Sequence record: SRR31156797_150
Reading direction: 5' to 3' (one strand)
DNA: 56,927 nt
Shown: piece after piece, positions 1 to 10,343 of the stretch
How positions within the stretch are numbered: position 1 is the first letter of the stretch
Layout of the letters: every line of letters begins with the position of its first letter
The notes under the pieces: model-generated
The model's input: the letters and a program-made list of their open reading frames with translations, nothing else
What the model was told of the DNA's origin: nothing
Databases searched by the model: none
Program-made: the position numbers and the translations under genes

Positions 1-3
1 TTT

Positions 4-81
4 CTTAGTGTTTCTGAGTGAGCTAAGTGATTGATAGAAAGAGATTACCACTAAGACACCAGGACACTAAGATTCACTAAG
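4..81. repeat. Imperfect inverted array of CTTAGTG/CACTAAG heptamers (REP-like intergenic element, possibly cut by the window edge)
   Basis: CTTAGTG 4-10, CTGAGTG 14-20, CTAAGTG 23-29 face CACTAAG 49-55, CACCAGG 57-63, CACTAAG 65-71, CACTAAG 75-81. Confidence 0.55.
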
Positions 82-156
82 TTGCTTAACAATGTGACAT
101 TTTAAATTACGATGCATCAGGAGTTCTGAAATTATCAGAACCTGACTTGATGGCAC

Positions 157-190
157 AAAAAAACCCCCGCCGCGGGCGCGACGGAGGGTC
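157..190 (-). terminator. Rho-independent terminator downstream of the large GH gene
   Basis: Minus strand reads ACCCTCCGTCGCG-CC-CGCGGCGGGGGT followed by a T-run; GC-rich stem with a G-U pair and a bulge. Confidence 0.7.
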
Positions 191-237
191 CCAGCAAAAA
201 AGATTCCCCCAAGGATGGGGGTGAGAAAAGCAAATCT

Positions 238-3200
238 TTATTCTTTTACATATATAATCAATTCAGAAATATTTGCAGATGGTTCGTGTTTTGTAATTCT
301 GACGTATCTTGATTCAGCATTAATAACGTGGTAACTCCAAATATTGTACCGTCCACAGTTTTCCTGGGCTACTTCTGTCCAGTTACCCGGCTCACCGATA
401 GAAATTGTTAAATCACCGGTGCCGTTTAAATCCCTTAGGTAAATATTATCGACCATTTTCTGGCTGCCAAGATCAATATAGGCATGAACCGGGTAGGCAA
501 TTCCATAACTAGTTGACCAAATTGTAGTTGGCTCTCCTGAGTTACCAAGATATGGATCGCCCGAAAGTTCCTGTTCGTCTACCAGCAAAATTGGATCGCC
601 ATCACCGGATTCGTTGATAACCATGCCAGGGCTAAGTTCAAGCTTAACGCGGTTTGAAAAAGCAGGGAACTCATAATCATCTGAACCCGCCAAAACAATG
701 ACAGGCCTTTCTCTAACATCAACACTCACTTTTCCATCGGTGATTTCAAGTACAGTCTCATTTCCATTAATTGTGCCTTCCCCCAGTTCGATAAGCCTGG
801 CCTGCGTCGTGCCTTGTGGCAAGGCCAATTCAAAATCATTCACGGTTGTTTCATTACTGGTAGGGCACCAAACAGCTAACGCGGTTACATCATCTTCAAC
901 GTGCTCAAATTTATAGATCCATACATTGTTGTTCCCTGATTCAATTTCGGTGCTGAATTTCATTCCGGCTAACCTGTTTTTCAGGGTGTAAATATAATAC
1001 CACGATGGTTTTGGTTCCCAATTATTTGATTTGCTTGCACAAAGCCCGGATGTGTTAAACTTGGTTGTGCTGTTTGGATCCACATCACGAAGCATGTACA
1101 TTGCGGCCCTGTCAACGCCGGCTGCAGCAAGTGCCAGGTAAGACCTGACAAGCCACTGTGCCTGAACTTCCTCCTGCGATGTGCTTCCAATTGTCGGTGC
1201 ACGTTGCACTGATTGCGGGTGGGTATCATAGCCAAATTCTGTGATCCAGACCTCTTTTCCGGGCAGGTAGCTGTCGCGATAGTCTGTAAATTCCTTCATC
1301 AGGCCCTTGAGGTCATCGTCTTCCGGGCTTACCCCAACACTGCCCGAAGACTGCGTGTCCCCGTCATTACAGTAATGGTGCACATTGATAACGTCCACAG
1401 GAAAATCTCCATCACGATGATAATCACCCCAAAGTTTCAAGGCTTTTACATAATTCAGATCAGGTTTTGCCAGTCCGGCCATAACAAGTTTTGCCTCCGG
1501 ATCAGCATTTTGTAATCCCAGTGTAGCATCCATTGCACCCTGATGTCCGTCCTTATCGGCACTGGCCATCGCCGCATATTCGTAAGGATTGAAAAATGCA
1601 TCACCGCCTTTCCACCATTTGTCCTGTTCATTCCAGTTTTCATAGTACGTAAGACGATTCGTTCCGGTTAATCTTTCCTGACCGTCAGCCAGCTTAAGCA
1701 GGATATCATCAACTGTTGTGTTTCCATATCTTGCTCCATACTGGAAAAGATGGTCAGCATGTTCGGCATAGGCAAATGGATCTGTTGACGTTTCATCCGG
1801 AGAAATCGGCTTGTTTTCCAACTTGCTGTAATTAAAGTCTGTGAGCCAGGGCACGTTTCGCTGTATTGCGGGACAAGCTGTTATCCCGGCATTATTAAGG
1901 TTATCATAGAAATAGTCAAAATTCCAGCCCATTACATTAAACATGTTTTGGTTTTCAGGATAACCTGGATAGGACTGGTCGTTGTTTCCTTCACACCACA
2001 TCCACGAATGGTATTCTCTTACAAATCCTCCGGCGGCAATCCTGCCCAAGGGGTCATCAATGAATGCATTCATCCCGATCAGTTGATCCATGGTTGTGGT
2101 TTCGTGTGATGTTGGTGCCGGTGGTGTTTCAATTTCTTCAAGCCTCGAGGCGTACACAACCACTTCCGCCAGCTTTGTGTTCGCCGAATTAATCTTAAGC
2201 CTGACATACCTTGATTGCTGGTTTAACTGATGGATGTTCCAGGACCCATTATTTATCAGGCTATCTGTAAAGACCCAGGTCCAGTTGAAGGGTTCTCCCA
2301 CATAAACATCCAGTGCATCGCTGCCTTCAGTATCAAAAATGCAGATTTTGGTGATGCTACAATTACCCTTCAGGTCGATCATGGCGTAGCAAGGATAAAT
2401 CCAGTCTGCTGAACCGGGTTCCCATATTGTTGATGGTGTTCCGCCGTTTCCCGTTGCCGGATCACCGGCTTCCTGTTGTTCATCCACCAGCAACTTCTCA
2501 TCGCCCTGCACAAATTCATTCAAAACCATATCCGGGGTTAATATAATCTTAGCCGGAGGGCCGCCTATTTCATAATCGGTGGTATGGTTTGCATTTGCTG
2601 AAACTTCCGATTGGTTCAGGTTGTCATCATATGCAACCACACTAAAGTAGTACGCGGTTCCGGAGGTTAATCCCTGGATAGTCGTAGTTTCCAAAGTGCC
2701 CACCAATGAAGGTGTCGGAGGAAGGGGCCAAACAGTGGCATCCTGATAGTTATCGTCGGTAATTTCTAAAGTACTGAATCGAATTTCGTAGGATGAACAG
2801 GTTCCTTCTAAATTATCATCACCAGGTGCAGTCCAGGTTAACGTAATCTCATTGGTTGGGTTTGAGCCCGCTGCAGCAGCCAGGTCAGTAATGGTAGCAG
2901 GTGGAATATCATCCAGTTGTCCGGGGGTATGGTCGATGCCATAAACCACGACTTCAGCCACATTTGATTTAGGGCCTGACTTTCCAAACCTGATAAACCG
3001 GGTGTATGTATTGATATCGTGCTGGTTCCAGCAAAGATATCCGCCAAGGTTGTCGGTTGCTGCCAGTTCCCAGTTATTTTCATATCCCGTCCAAATCGTG
3101 AAGTCGCCAACATTGTAGGAGTCCCTGATGAAGAGTTTTGTTACTTCAGTAATCTCGCCCAGATCAAGTGTAGCGTAGAGCGGGTAGGGTATTGAGCTTT

Positions 3201-4620
3201 GAAATCCTGTTTCCCAGAAATTGAGCGGATTTCCACCAGGGCCATTTGCAGGATCACCTGCGAGTTCCTGTTCATCAACAAGTTTCCAGGCTTCACCATA
3301 TCCTGATGGATTTGAAATCATTTCAGTATTGAGTGCAAGCTTTTCCTCCGTCAATTCTGTCATTTTGTGGTACAGGACAATTTCCGAAAATTTAGCTTCC
3401 CGGTCGGTAATGGTTATTCTAATGTACCTTGTTTCTACATCCACATCATGTTGTTTCCATTGCATGTAGTTTGTGCAGGGTTCGGTGAGCAGGTAGGTCC
3501 ACTGGTCGGGTGAACCATACTCCACAATCACATCCCCAATCGAATTGATGTCCATAAAGAATACCCGGGAAAGCCTGGTTTCCATTCCCAGGTCGATGTA
3601 GGCAGATGCCGGATAGTCTTCAGGGTAATTGCTGGGTTTCCATTCTTCCAGCGGGGTTCCACCATTATTTGTCAGAGGGTCACCAGCAAGTTCTTGCTCA
3701 TTGACCAATTTGCCCGCATCTCCCATGCCTGATTCATTTATCACCATAGAAGGATCCAAGGATAATTTGAGTTCTATTTCATTGGCGAAGATTTTGGTTT
3801 TTTCTGTTGCAATATTCGAAAGCGCAGTGTTGCCGTTAATGCCATTGATTTTCAAAGCAAAATAATATGGTGTGTTTGGCTCCAGGTTGGTGACGATTAC
3901 CGTTTTTGAGTCGCCGGGTATTGGGCTTACTTCAATGGGGAAAGTGCTGGAAGTTTCAAAGTTAGATGTTAATATTTTTACGGTATTGTATCGCAAATCA
4001 TAATCAGTAAATTCACCGGTGGCATCATTGGGTTCGGCATCAGTCCAATGTAGGGTAACGGACGAATTATCAGGATCAGAGGCTGTTAAATCCATAACTG
4101 CCGGTGGCGGTACAGCCGGGTTCTCAGCATATAATACAACCTCACAAAATTTGGGGTTTCGGAGTGTTTTTACAAATCGGATATACCTTGTTGAAACCGT
4201 AACATCATGTCGTTTCCACTGCTTATATTTATTAAGTGGTTCTGTTAGCAGATAGTTCCAATTGCCTGGCTCCCCGTATTCAACAATCAAATCGCCAACA
4301 CCATAAAGATCAAAAATAAAGATGTGCTTTAATGTTGTTATGGTTCCAAGATCAATGTAGGCACCCAATGGATATTCGGAATTGTAGCTGGTAGTCCAGA
4401 ACGTAACCGGTTTTCCCGATTCACCGTTTAACGGATCTCCACTCACATCCTGTTCATCAATCATGAGGGTTGCATCACCATCCCCAGTCTCATTTACAAC
4501 CATGTACGGAAAAAGATCCATTTTCACTACCTGCCCATGTAAGGCAGGCAGCGAAAACAGCATCATAATCATGATAAATATAATAGGAGGATTACATTTC
4601 AAATAGTCAGTTTTTTTCAT
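238..4620 (-). CDS. Large secreted multidomain glycoside hydrolase (clan GH-A, GH39/GH5-like TIM barrel) with 5 discoidin/CBM-like repeats and 2 Fn3 domains
   Basis: N-terminal signal peptide; five ~135-aa repeats 'MV.NE.G.G....LVDEQ...GDP....G.P...W...YP..A.IDLG...RY.R....SE.V.Y'; two Fn3 units (LxW...YxxRy...L.pgT.YYF); acid/base motif ENWNEQD (~1621-1640) and nucleophile motif VWITEFGY (~1228-1250). Confidence 0.75.
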   Translation of the reverse strand: MKKTDYLKCNPPIIFIMIMMLFSLPALHGQVVKMDLFPYMVVNETGDGDATLMIDEQDVSGDPLNGESGKPVTFWTTSYNSEYPLGAYIDLGTITTLKHIFIFDLYGVGDLIVEYGEPGNWNYLLTEPLNKYKQWKRHDVTVSTRYIRFVKTLRNPKFCEVVLYAENPAVPPPAVMDLTASDPDNSSVTLHWTDAEPNDATGEFTDYDLRYNTVKILTSNFETSSTFPIEVSPIPGDSKTVIVTNLEPNTPYYFALKINGINGNTALSNIATEKTKIFANEIELKLSLDPSMVINESGMGDAGKLVNEQELAGDPLTNNGGTPLEEWKPSNYPEDYPASAYIDLGMETRLSRVFFMDINSIGDVIVEYGSPDQWTYLLTEPCTNYMQWKQHDVDVETRYIRITITDREAKFSEIVLYHKMTELTEEKLALNTEMISNPSGYGEAWKLVDEQELAGDPANGPGGNPLNFWETGFQSSIPYPLYATLDLGEITEVTKLFIRDSYNVGDFTIWTGYENNWELAATDNLGGYLCWNQHDINTYTRFIRFGKSGPKSNVAEVVVYGIDHTPGQLDDIPPATITDLAAAAGSNPTNEITLTWTAPGDDNLEGTCSSYEIRFSTLEITDDNYQDATVWPLPPTPSLVGTLETTTIQGLTSGTAYYFSVVAYDDNLNQSEVSANANHTTDYEIGGPPAKIILTPDMVLNEFVQGDEKLLVDEQQEAGDPATGNGGTPSTIWEPGSADWIYPCYAMIDLKGNCSITKICIFDTEGSDALDVYVGEPFNWTWVFTDSLINNGSWNIHQLNQQSRYVRLKINSANTKLAEVVVYASRLEEIETPPAPTSHETTTMDQLIGMNAFIDDPLGRIAAGGFVREYHSWMWCEGNNDQSYPGYPENQNMFNVMGWNFDYFYDNLNNAGITACPAIQRNVPWLTDFNYSKLENKPISPDETSTDPFAYAEHADHLFQYGARYGNTTVDDILLKLADGQERLTGTNRLTYYENWNEQDKWWKGGDAFFNPYEYAAMASADKDGHQGAMDATLGLQNADPEAKLVMAGLAKPDLNYVKALKLWGDYHRDGDFPVDVINVHHYCNDGDTQSSGSVGVSPEDDDLKGLMKEFTDYRDSYLPGKEVWITEFGYDTHPQSVQRAPTIGSTSQEEVQAQWLVRSYLALAAAGVDRAAMYMLRDVDPNSTTKFNTSGLCASKSNNWEPKPSWYYIYTLKNRLAGMKFSTEIESGNNNVWIYKFEHVEDDVTALAVWCPTSNETTVNDFELALPQGTTQARLIELGEGTINGNETVLEITDGKVSVDVRERPVIVLAGSDDYEFPAFSNRVKLELSPGMVINESGDGDPILLVDEQELSGDPYLGNSGEPTTIWSTSYGIAYPVHAYIDLGSQKMVDNIYLRDLNGTGDLTISIGEPGNWTEVAQENCGRYNIWSYHVINAESRYVRITKHEPSANISELIIYVKE

Positions 4621-4674
4621 TTGATCAGTTTTGCCCGATTTTGAAAAAGTATTATTCGTTCGATATAATTTGAT

Positions 4675-5421
4675 TTAGTTGATGATTAATTTTTCACTTA
4701 CTGTATGATTGGCCTTACCCGAGATTTGAACGCTGTAATAACCAGCAGGCAGATCATTCAGGTATAATGTATAAGTTGAGCCATTGTAATTGGATATATC
4801 CGCAGTCTGTAAATGCGTGCCATTCATGCCTATCACTGATAATGTGGTAAAATCTGCGTTTGGAATTTCAATGTTGGTGAAGGTGGTTGCCGGAGCGGGA
4901 AACATTTTAAAACCGGATTGATTTTCCAGGAAAGGGTTTTGGGTTTCTGAACTGAGATTAAAATTGCGAATCGAAATCTGCCCTTTATAGTACTCACCGG
5001 GGTTCACATAAAAAATCAAATAAACAACATCAGTGAGGTCGATATCATGAATCAATTCGGTGAAATCGAATGCTATCGTTGTAAAGTTATTTGCCATGCT
5101 GATCTCTTCTTGCACGATGTCAGCATTTTTGCTCATAAAAACACCATCGGTCAAATCAACCCTGATTGTGATTGCCTCGCTGGTTTTTATGTCAAGGTTT
5201 ACAATCGGGTTTCTCAGGATTTCATTGCTATTCACGGCAAGCGTAAACGACTCCCAGGGATTTTTTGTAATATCAATTGTAATTTCTTCAGGTTGGTGCG
5301 TAATTTGAAAATTTTGGTTGGCAAAAACAGATTCAATATGATTGTTGGCGAATAAGGGCGAGTTTATCAGGATAAGAAATATGGTAACCAATCTTAATGT
5401 TGTGTAAAGTGTTGCTTTCAT
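4675..5421 (-). CDS. Secreted protein with T9SS type A C-terminal sorting domain
   Basis: Signal peptide from MKATLY (ATG at 5421, preferred over the ORF-track start 5460); C-terminus FPAPA...LNDLPAGYYSVQI...EKLIIN matches the Por secretion tail. Confidence 0.75.
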   Translation of the reverse strand: MKATLYTTLRLVTIFLILINSPLFANNHIESVFANQNFQITHQPEEITIDITKNPWESFTLAVNSNEILRNPIVNLDIKTSEAITIRVDLTDGVFMSKNADIVQEEISMANNFTTIAFDFTELIHDIDLTDVVYLIFYVNPGEYYKGQISIRNFNLSSETQNPFLENQSGFKMFPAPATTFTNIEIPNADFTTLSVIGMNGTHLQTADISNYNGSTYTLYLNDLPAGYYSVQISGKANHTVSEKLIIN

Positions 5422-6187
5422 CTCGTAAGGTTTAATTAATTTTTGCTGGAAAAAAATCAATCAGTGATTCAAATATAATGTAAAGATTTTTACGGGTTAG
5501 TTGTAAAAATTATTTTCCATTTTATGGAAACAAGCCAATTTGAGAAGCTTTTGTGTGTAATATTTTTTTTATGAAATCATAATAGGTGTGTAAATTATTT
5601 ACAAGTAATGATTTATGGCTTTACCGGGATCAGCGAGTAAATAATCACCTAAATAGTTATTAGTCACTTAAACAGGCCTTTATGGAATGATTAATGGTTT
5701 GGGCCGGCATTGTTTAAAAAAAAGGACAAAAATTTACCGGAAATGATTCTTATACCTGTGGTAAATTTTATCAAGTTGATATGCAACCAAGTAGCAAATA
5801 GATTTACATTGTAATAGAAAAAGGCCTGTTTTGGGTTAAATTTGTTGCCAGGCAAATTCTAAATATTGGAATAATTTGCATTAGCTGATACAATAATGTA
5901 TTTAACTAACATTAAATCAGGAAATAATATAATAATCCAAAAATGAGAATAAAAATCATTACATAAATAATGCCAGAAGCTAACGAGTAAAATTATTTTC
6001 CTTGATTAACTTTTATTTTTCTGCCAGATTGCATGAGGCCGTCAGTCATCAAAAACAATCCAATTTAATGAGGCAGCTATTAGTTATTGTAAGGTATGGT
6101 TCATGGCTTCATTTGTAATGGTCTGAAAAATAAAACTTTATCTGAGTTTAATATTAATTCCCAAAGCAGGTATTTGATAATTTATAC

Positions 6188-6195
6188 TACTTTTG
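6188..6195 (+). promoter_or_regulatory. Bacteroidetes sigma-A -7 element for tig-clpP-clpX
   Basis: TACTTTTG matches TAnnTTTG, 27 nt before the tig ATG. Confidence 0.6.
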
Positions 6196-6222
6196 CAGGC
6201 CAAAATTTAAAATTCAAACTGA

Positions 6223-7683
6223 ATGAATATTACAGAAGAAAAAACAAGTGAATTGACCGCCACATTGAAACTTGAAGTGAAAGAGCAGGACTATTCTGAA
6301 ATTTATGACAGAGAATTAAAAAATTACCGGAAACAAGCATCCATGCCTGGTTTCAGGCCCGGTAAAGTTCCGATGGGTATTATCCAAAAAAAATATGGTT
6401 TAGCCGTTAAGGTTGAAGAAATTAACAAAATGATTTCAGAAGAAATCACGAAATATATCCGGGAGAATAAACTTAATTTGCTTGGAAATCCTATTCCAAA
6501 TGCAGATAAAGAACCTCAGGATTTTACCCGTCAAAAAGACTTCAATTTTTACTTCGACATTGCTTATGCACCGGAACTGGATTTGGACCTGGCGGATTAT
6601 GCAGCTGTTGATTATCTGGAAATTAAAGTTGATGACGAGCGCATTGATGAGCAGATAGAAGAGATTAGAAAGCGCAATGGTAAAATGGTTGAGCAGGATG
6701 AGGCATCAAAGGATGATATGATCCATGTAAATATTGCGGAATTGGATGAAGACGGAAAAGTAAAAGAAGATGGGATTACAAAAGAAACCATGATATTGGT
6801 AAATTTCCTGAAAAAAGAGGAAGTACAGGAGCAGGTAATTGGATCAAAGGTAGGAGATGTGGTTATCTTTAATCCACTTGAGGCAACTGGCAGTGATACC
6901 GAAACGGCATCGATGCTTGGCATTGATAAAGAAGTAGCGAAGGAGATAAAAAGCGATTTTCAGTTTGAGATCACTAAAATAGAGCGCAATACTATGGCAG
7001 AGCTTGATGAGGAACTGTTTAAGGCTGCCTTCCCGAAAGATGAAATTAAATCTGAAGAGGAATTTCGTGAAAAGGTAAAAGAAGAGATTTCGAAGGCATA
7101 TAAAATGGAATCCGACAGGCTTTTTTCAAGAATGGCCATGGATAGTTTGTTCGATAATACCAACGTAGAGCTACCAGATGAATTCTTAAAGAAATGGCTT
7201 TACCAGAATAATGAGGGTAAAATTTCGATGGATGACATCGAGAAGAATTATGAAGGTTATCAAAAGGCGATGAAAATGGAGCTGATCGAAAACGCACTGA
7301 TCAAAAAGAAAGAAAGCCTGAGGGTAACTGATGCTGATCTCAAGGAAGAAATTAAAAACTACTTCAGGGGATATTTCCTTCCCGGGCAGAACATGAGTGA
7401 AGACGATCCTGCCATGAACGAACAGCTTGAACAAATTGCCAATAACTACCTGGAAAAAAATAAGGACGAAACCCGCAGAATTCATGATGAATTGTTCAGT
7501 CGCAGAATTGCAGCTTTTCTCAAAGATGAAATGACACTTGATCAGAAAGAAGTAACATATGGGGAGTTTGAAGAAGAGATTAAGAAAATAACCGGTCATA
7601 ACCACGACCACGATCATAACCACGAACATGATCATGACCACAACCATGAACATGATGAAGGCGAAGAACAGGAAACGAAGTAA
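6223..7683 (+). CDS. tig: Trigger factor with His/Asp-rich C-terminal tail
   Basis: Ribosome-binding signature MPGFRPGKVP; upstream of clpP-clpX; tail HNHDHDHNHEHDHDHNHEHD. Confidence 0.95.
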   Translation: MNITEEKTSELTATLKLEVKEQDYSEIYDRELKNYRKQASMPGFRPGKVPMGIIQKKYGLAVKVEEINKMISEEITKYIRENKLNLLGNPIPNADKEPQDFTRQKDFNFYFDIAYAPELDLDLADYAAVDYLEIKVDDERIDEQIEEIRKRNGKMVEQDEASKDDMIHVNIAELDEDGKVKEDGITKETMILVNFLKKEEVQEQVIGSKVGDVVIFNPLEATGSDTETASMLGIDKEVAKEIKSDFQFEITKIERNTMAELDEELFKAAFPKDEIKSEEEFREKVKEEISKAYKMESDRLFSRMAMDSLFDNTNVELPDEFLKKWLYQNNEGKISMDDIEKNYEGYQKAMKMELIENALIKKKESLRVTDADLKEEIKNYFRGYFLPGQNMSEDDPAMNEQLEQIANNYLEKNKDETRRIHDELFSRRIAAFLKDEMTLDQKEVTYGEFEEEIKKITGHNHDHDHNHEHDHDHNHEHDEGEEQETK

Positions 7684-7739
7684 TGATGAACAATAACCTG
7701 ACGCCTTCGTTATTTGGTCAATAAATAAAAAATTGAACT

Positions 7740-8417
7740 ATGATTCCACAAGATGAATTTCAAAAATATGCTGTTCACCACAGAGGCATCAGCAGCACAA
7801 GTTTACACAAATACACTTCAGCGGTAAAAAATTACATTTCGCCAACCATTATTGAGGAACGCCAGCTTAATGTGGCTCAAATGGATGTTTTCTCAAGGTT
7901 GATGATGGATCGCATTATTTTTCTTGGCGTACCAATTGATGATTATGTTGCCAACATCATACAGGCCCAGCTTCTGTTTCTGGAATCGGTGGATACATCC
8001 AAGGATATTCAGATTTATCTGAACACCCCGGGTGGATCAGTTTATGCCGGTTTGGGTATTTACGACACCATGCAATATATTTCATCTGATGTTGCCACAA
8101 TTTGTACAGGTATGGCAGCTTCAATGGGCGCTGTGTTGCTATGTGCAGGCCAGGAGAAAAAACGTACGGCCCTCAAGCATTCCCGCATTTTGATTCACCA
8201 GCCCATGGGCGGTGCACAGGGACAGGCTTCGGACATTGAAATTACCGCACGTGAAATTCAAAAATTGAAAAAAGAGTTATACGAAATAATTGCCAAGCAC
8301 TCAAACCAGGATTACAAAAAAATCTGGGAAGATGCCGATCGCGATTACTGGATGACATCGCAGGAAGCCAAGGATTATGGTATGATTGATGAAGTGCTGG
8401 AACAAGGGAAAAAATAA
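7740..8417 (+). CDS. clpP: ATP-dependent Clp protease proteolytic subunit
   Basis: DVFSRLMMDRIIFLG, YLNTPGGSV, GMAASMGA (catalytic Ser), ILIHQP (His). Confidence 0.98.
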   Translation: MIPQDEFQKYAVHHRGISSTSLHKYTSAVKNYISPTIIEERQLNVAQMDVFSRLMMDRIIFLGVPIDDYVANIIQAQLLFLESVDTSKDIQIYLNTPGGSVYAGLGIYDTMQYISSDVATICTGMAASMGAVLLCAGQEKKRTALKHSRILIHQPMGGAQGQASDIEITAREIQKLKKELYEIIAKHSNQDYKKIWEDADRDYWMTSQEAKDYGMIDEVLEQGKK

Positions 8418-8431
8418 CAGCATTTTAAATT

Positions 8432-9676
8432 ATGGGTAAACAGTCAACCGACAGGTGTTCGTTTTGCGGCAGGAACAGGGATGAGGTGAAAATCCTCATT
8501 GCAGGGATCAATGGAAACATTTGTGATGAATGTGTTGATCAGGCGCAATTGATATTGCAGGAAGAGCAGGCGATCACCCAAAAAAAACACGAACAGGATT
8601 TTAAGTTACTCAAGCCTAACGAGATTAAGCATTTTCTTGATCAGTACGTGATTGGCCAGGAAGAGGCGAAGCGTATCATGTCGGTTGCGGTTTATAACCA
8701 TTACAAACGGATTTCATATACACAAAAGCAGCGGCCCCAGGATGATGATGTGGAGATCGAAAAGTCAAACATCATCATTGTTGGTGAAACCGGAACAGGT
8801 AAAACACTGCTGGCACGCACAATAGCGCGCATGCTCCAGGTGCCGTTTGCCATTGCCGATGCTACAATCCTCACCGAAGCCGGATATGTTGGCGAAGACG
8901 TTGAGAGCATTCTTTCGCGCCTGTTGCAGGCTGCAAACTATGATGTGAAGTCAGCAGAGCGTGGTATTGTTTTTATCGATGAAATTGATAAAATTGCCCG
9001 CAAGAGCGATAATCCATCCATCACACGCGATGTTTCCGGTGAAGGCGTTCAGCAGGCTTTGTTGAAGCTGCTCGAAGGATCCGTGGTTAATGTGCCGCCT
9101 CAGGGAGGTAGGAAGCATCCGGAACAGAAACTGATCCAGATCAATACCCAAAATATCCTTTTCATGGCAGGTGGTGCTTTTGACGGCATCGAAAAAGTGA
9201 TTGCTTCAAGATTACGAACAAATATTATCGGCTATAAAAAGGATGGTGAGTCTCACATTGTTGATAAGGAAAATATGCTGCAATATGTGGCACCACCGGA
9301 TTTAAAGAAATTTGGCCTGATCCCTGAGATCGTGGGGAGGCTGCCCCTGGTTTCTTACCTCAATCCACTTGATAAATCTGCACTCAAACGCATTTTAACT
9401 GAACCGAAAAATGCCCTCGTAAAACAATTTACCAGGTTGTTTGAACTGGATGGTATTGAGCTCTCCTTTACCGATCAGGCGTTGAATTTTATCGTTGAAA
9501 AATCCATCGAATTTAAACTGGGTGCCCGTGGGTTACGGTCAATCATGGAGCTGATCCTCAACGAGGCTATGTTTGAAATGCCCGACAATAAAGATGTCAA
9601 AGAGTTTAAGGTTACCCGTCCCTATGCTACGGAAAAGCTGGAGAAAACCAACTTTGCCAAGCTGAAGGTTGCCTGA
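8432..9676 (+). CDS. clpX: ATP-dependent Clp protease ATP-binding subunit ClpX
   Basis: C4 zinc finger CSFC...CDEC, Walker [42 protein letters not shown]. Confidence 0.98.
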   Translation: MGKQSTDRCSFCGRNRDEVKILIAGINGNICDECVDQAQLILQEEQAITQKKHEQDFKLLKPNEIKHFLDQYVIGQEEAKRIMSVAVYNHYKRISYTQKQRPQDDDVEIEKSNIIIVGETGTGKTLLARTIARMLQVPFAIADATILTEAGYVGEDVESILSRLLQAANYDVKSAERGIVFIDEIDKIARKSDNPSITRDVSGEGVQQALLKLLEGSVVNVPPQGGRKHPEQKLIQINTQNILFMAGGAFDGIEKVIASRLRTNIIGYKKDGESHIVDKENMLQYVAPPDLKKFGLIPEIVGRLPLVSYLNPLDKSALKRILTEPKNALVKQFTRLFELDGIELSFTDQALNFIVEKSIEFKLGARGLRSIMELILNEAMFEMPDNKDVKEFKVTRPYATEKLEKTNFAKLKVA

Positions 9677-9758
9677 AAAAAAAACAGGGAAGAAATCTCT
9701 GCCTGTGGCTTCTCAAATATTTTTACATCCCGGAACGTTGTTTGCATAATAGCCCTTT

Positions 9759-10343
9759 ATGCGAATTTCAATTTTGTTCATATTATTTTTATTTACCTCC
9801 ACACTGATTCTATCCGGCCAGGAAAAAGAACTTCATGTGCTCCGATACAGAATTGTTGGTGAAGATACTATACCTTATGTAAAGATATCAGGCGTTGAGA
9901 TTTATGATTTTAAAATTTTCAAGACCAAGCGACAGGCCAAGCGGAATAACAAACTTATCCGAAATGTAAAAAAGGTTTATCCCTGGGCAAAACTTGCCGG
10001 CCAAAAGATGCTTGAATACGAAGAAATACTGGCAAATGTTGAAAGTGACCGTGAGAAACGCAAGATCATGAAACAGGTTGAAAAGGAAATTCAACAGGAG
10101 TATGGCGGAGAACTTCGAAAGCTTACCATAAGCCAGGGGAAAATCCTGATTAAACTTATCGATCGTGAAACAGGGGATACTTCCTTTGAACTGGTCCAGG
10201 ATTTCCGTGGGAATTTTGTTGCTTTTTTCTACCAGTCGTTTGCCCGAATTTTTGGCTATAACCTCAAAAACCGTTACGACCCTGAAGGTGAGGATCGCAA
10301 TATTGAAATCATTGTGCGGATGATTGAAAACGGGATGATTTGA
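9759..10343 (+). CDS. DUF4294 family protein (Bacteroidetes-specific, exported)
   Basis: Signal peptide; KKVYPWAK...LTISQGKILIKLIDRETG.TSFEL...FYQSFARIFGYNLK..YDP. Confidence 0.8.
   Translation: MRISILFILFLFTSTLILSGQEKELHVLRYRIVGEDTIPYVKISGVEIYDFKIFKTKRQAKRNNKLIRNVKKVYPWAKLAGQKMLEYEEILANVESDREKRKIMKQVEKEIQQEYGGELRKLTISQGKILIKLIDRETGDTSFELVQDFRGNFVAFFYQSFARIFGYNLKNRYDPEGEDRNIEIIVRMIENGMI

Noticed and set aside
7595-7666. CAT/GAC/CAC repeats as a CRISPR array or VNTR
   Set aside because: In-frame His/Asp codons with synonymous variation; no repeat-spacer structure and no cas genes
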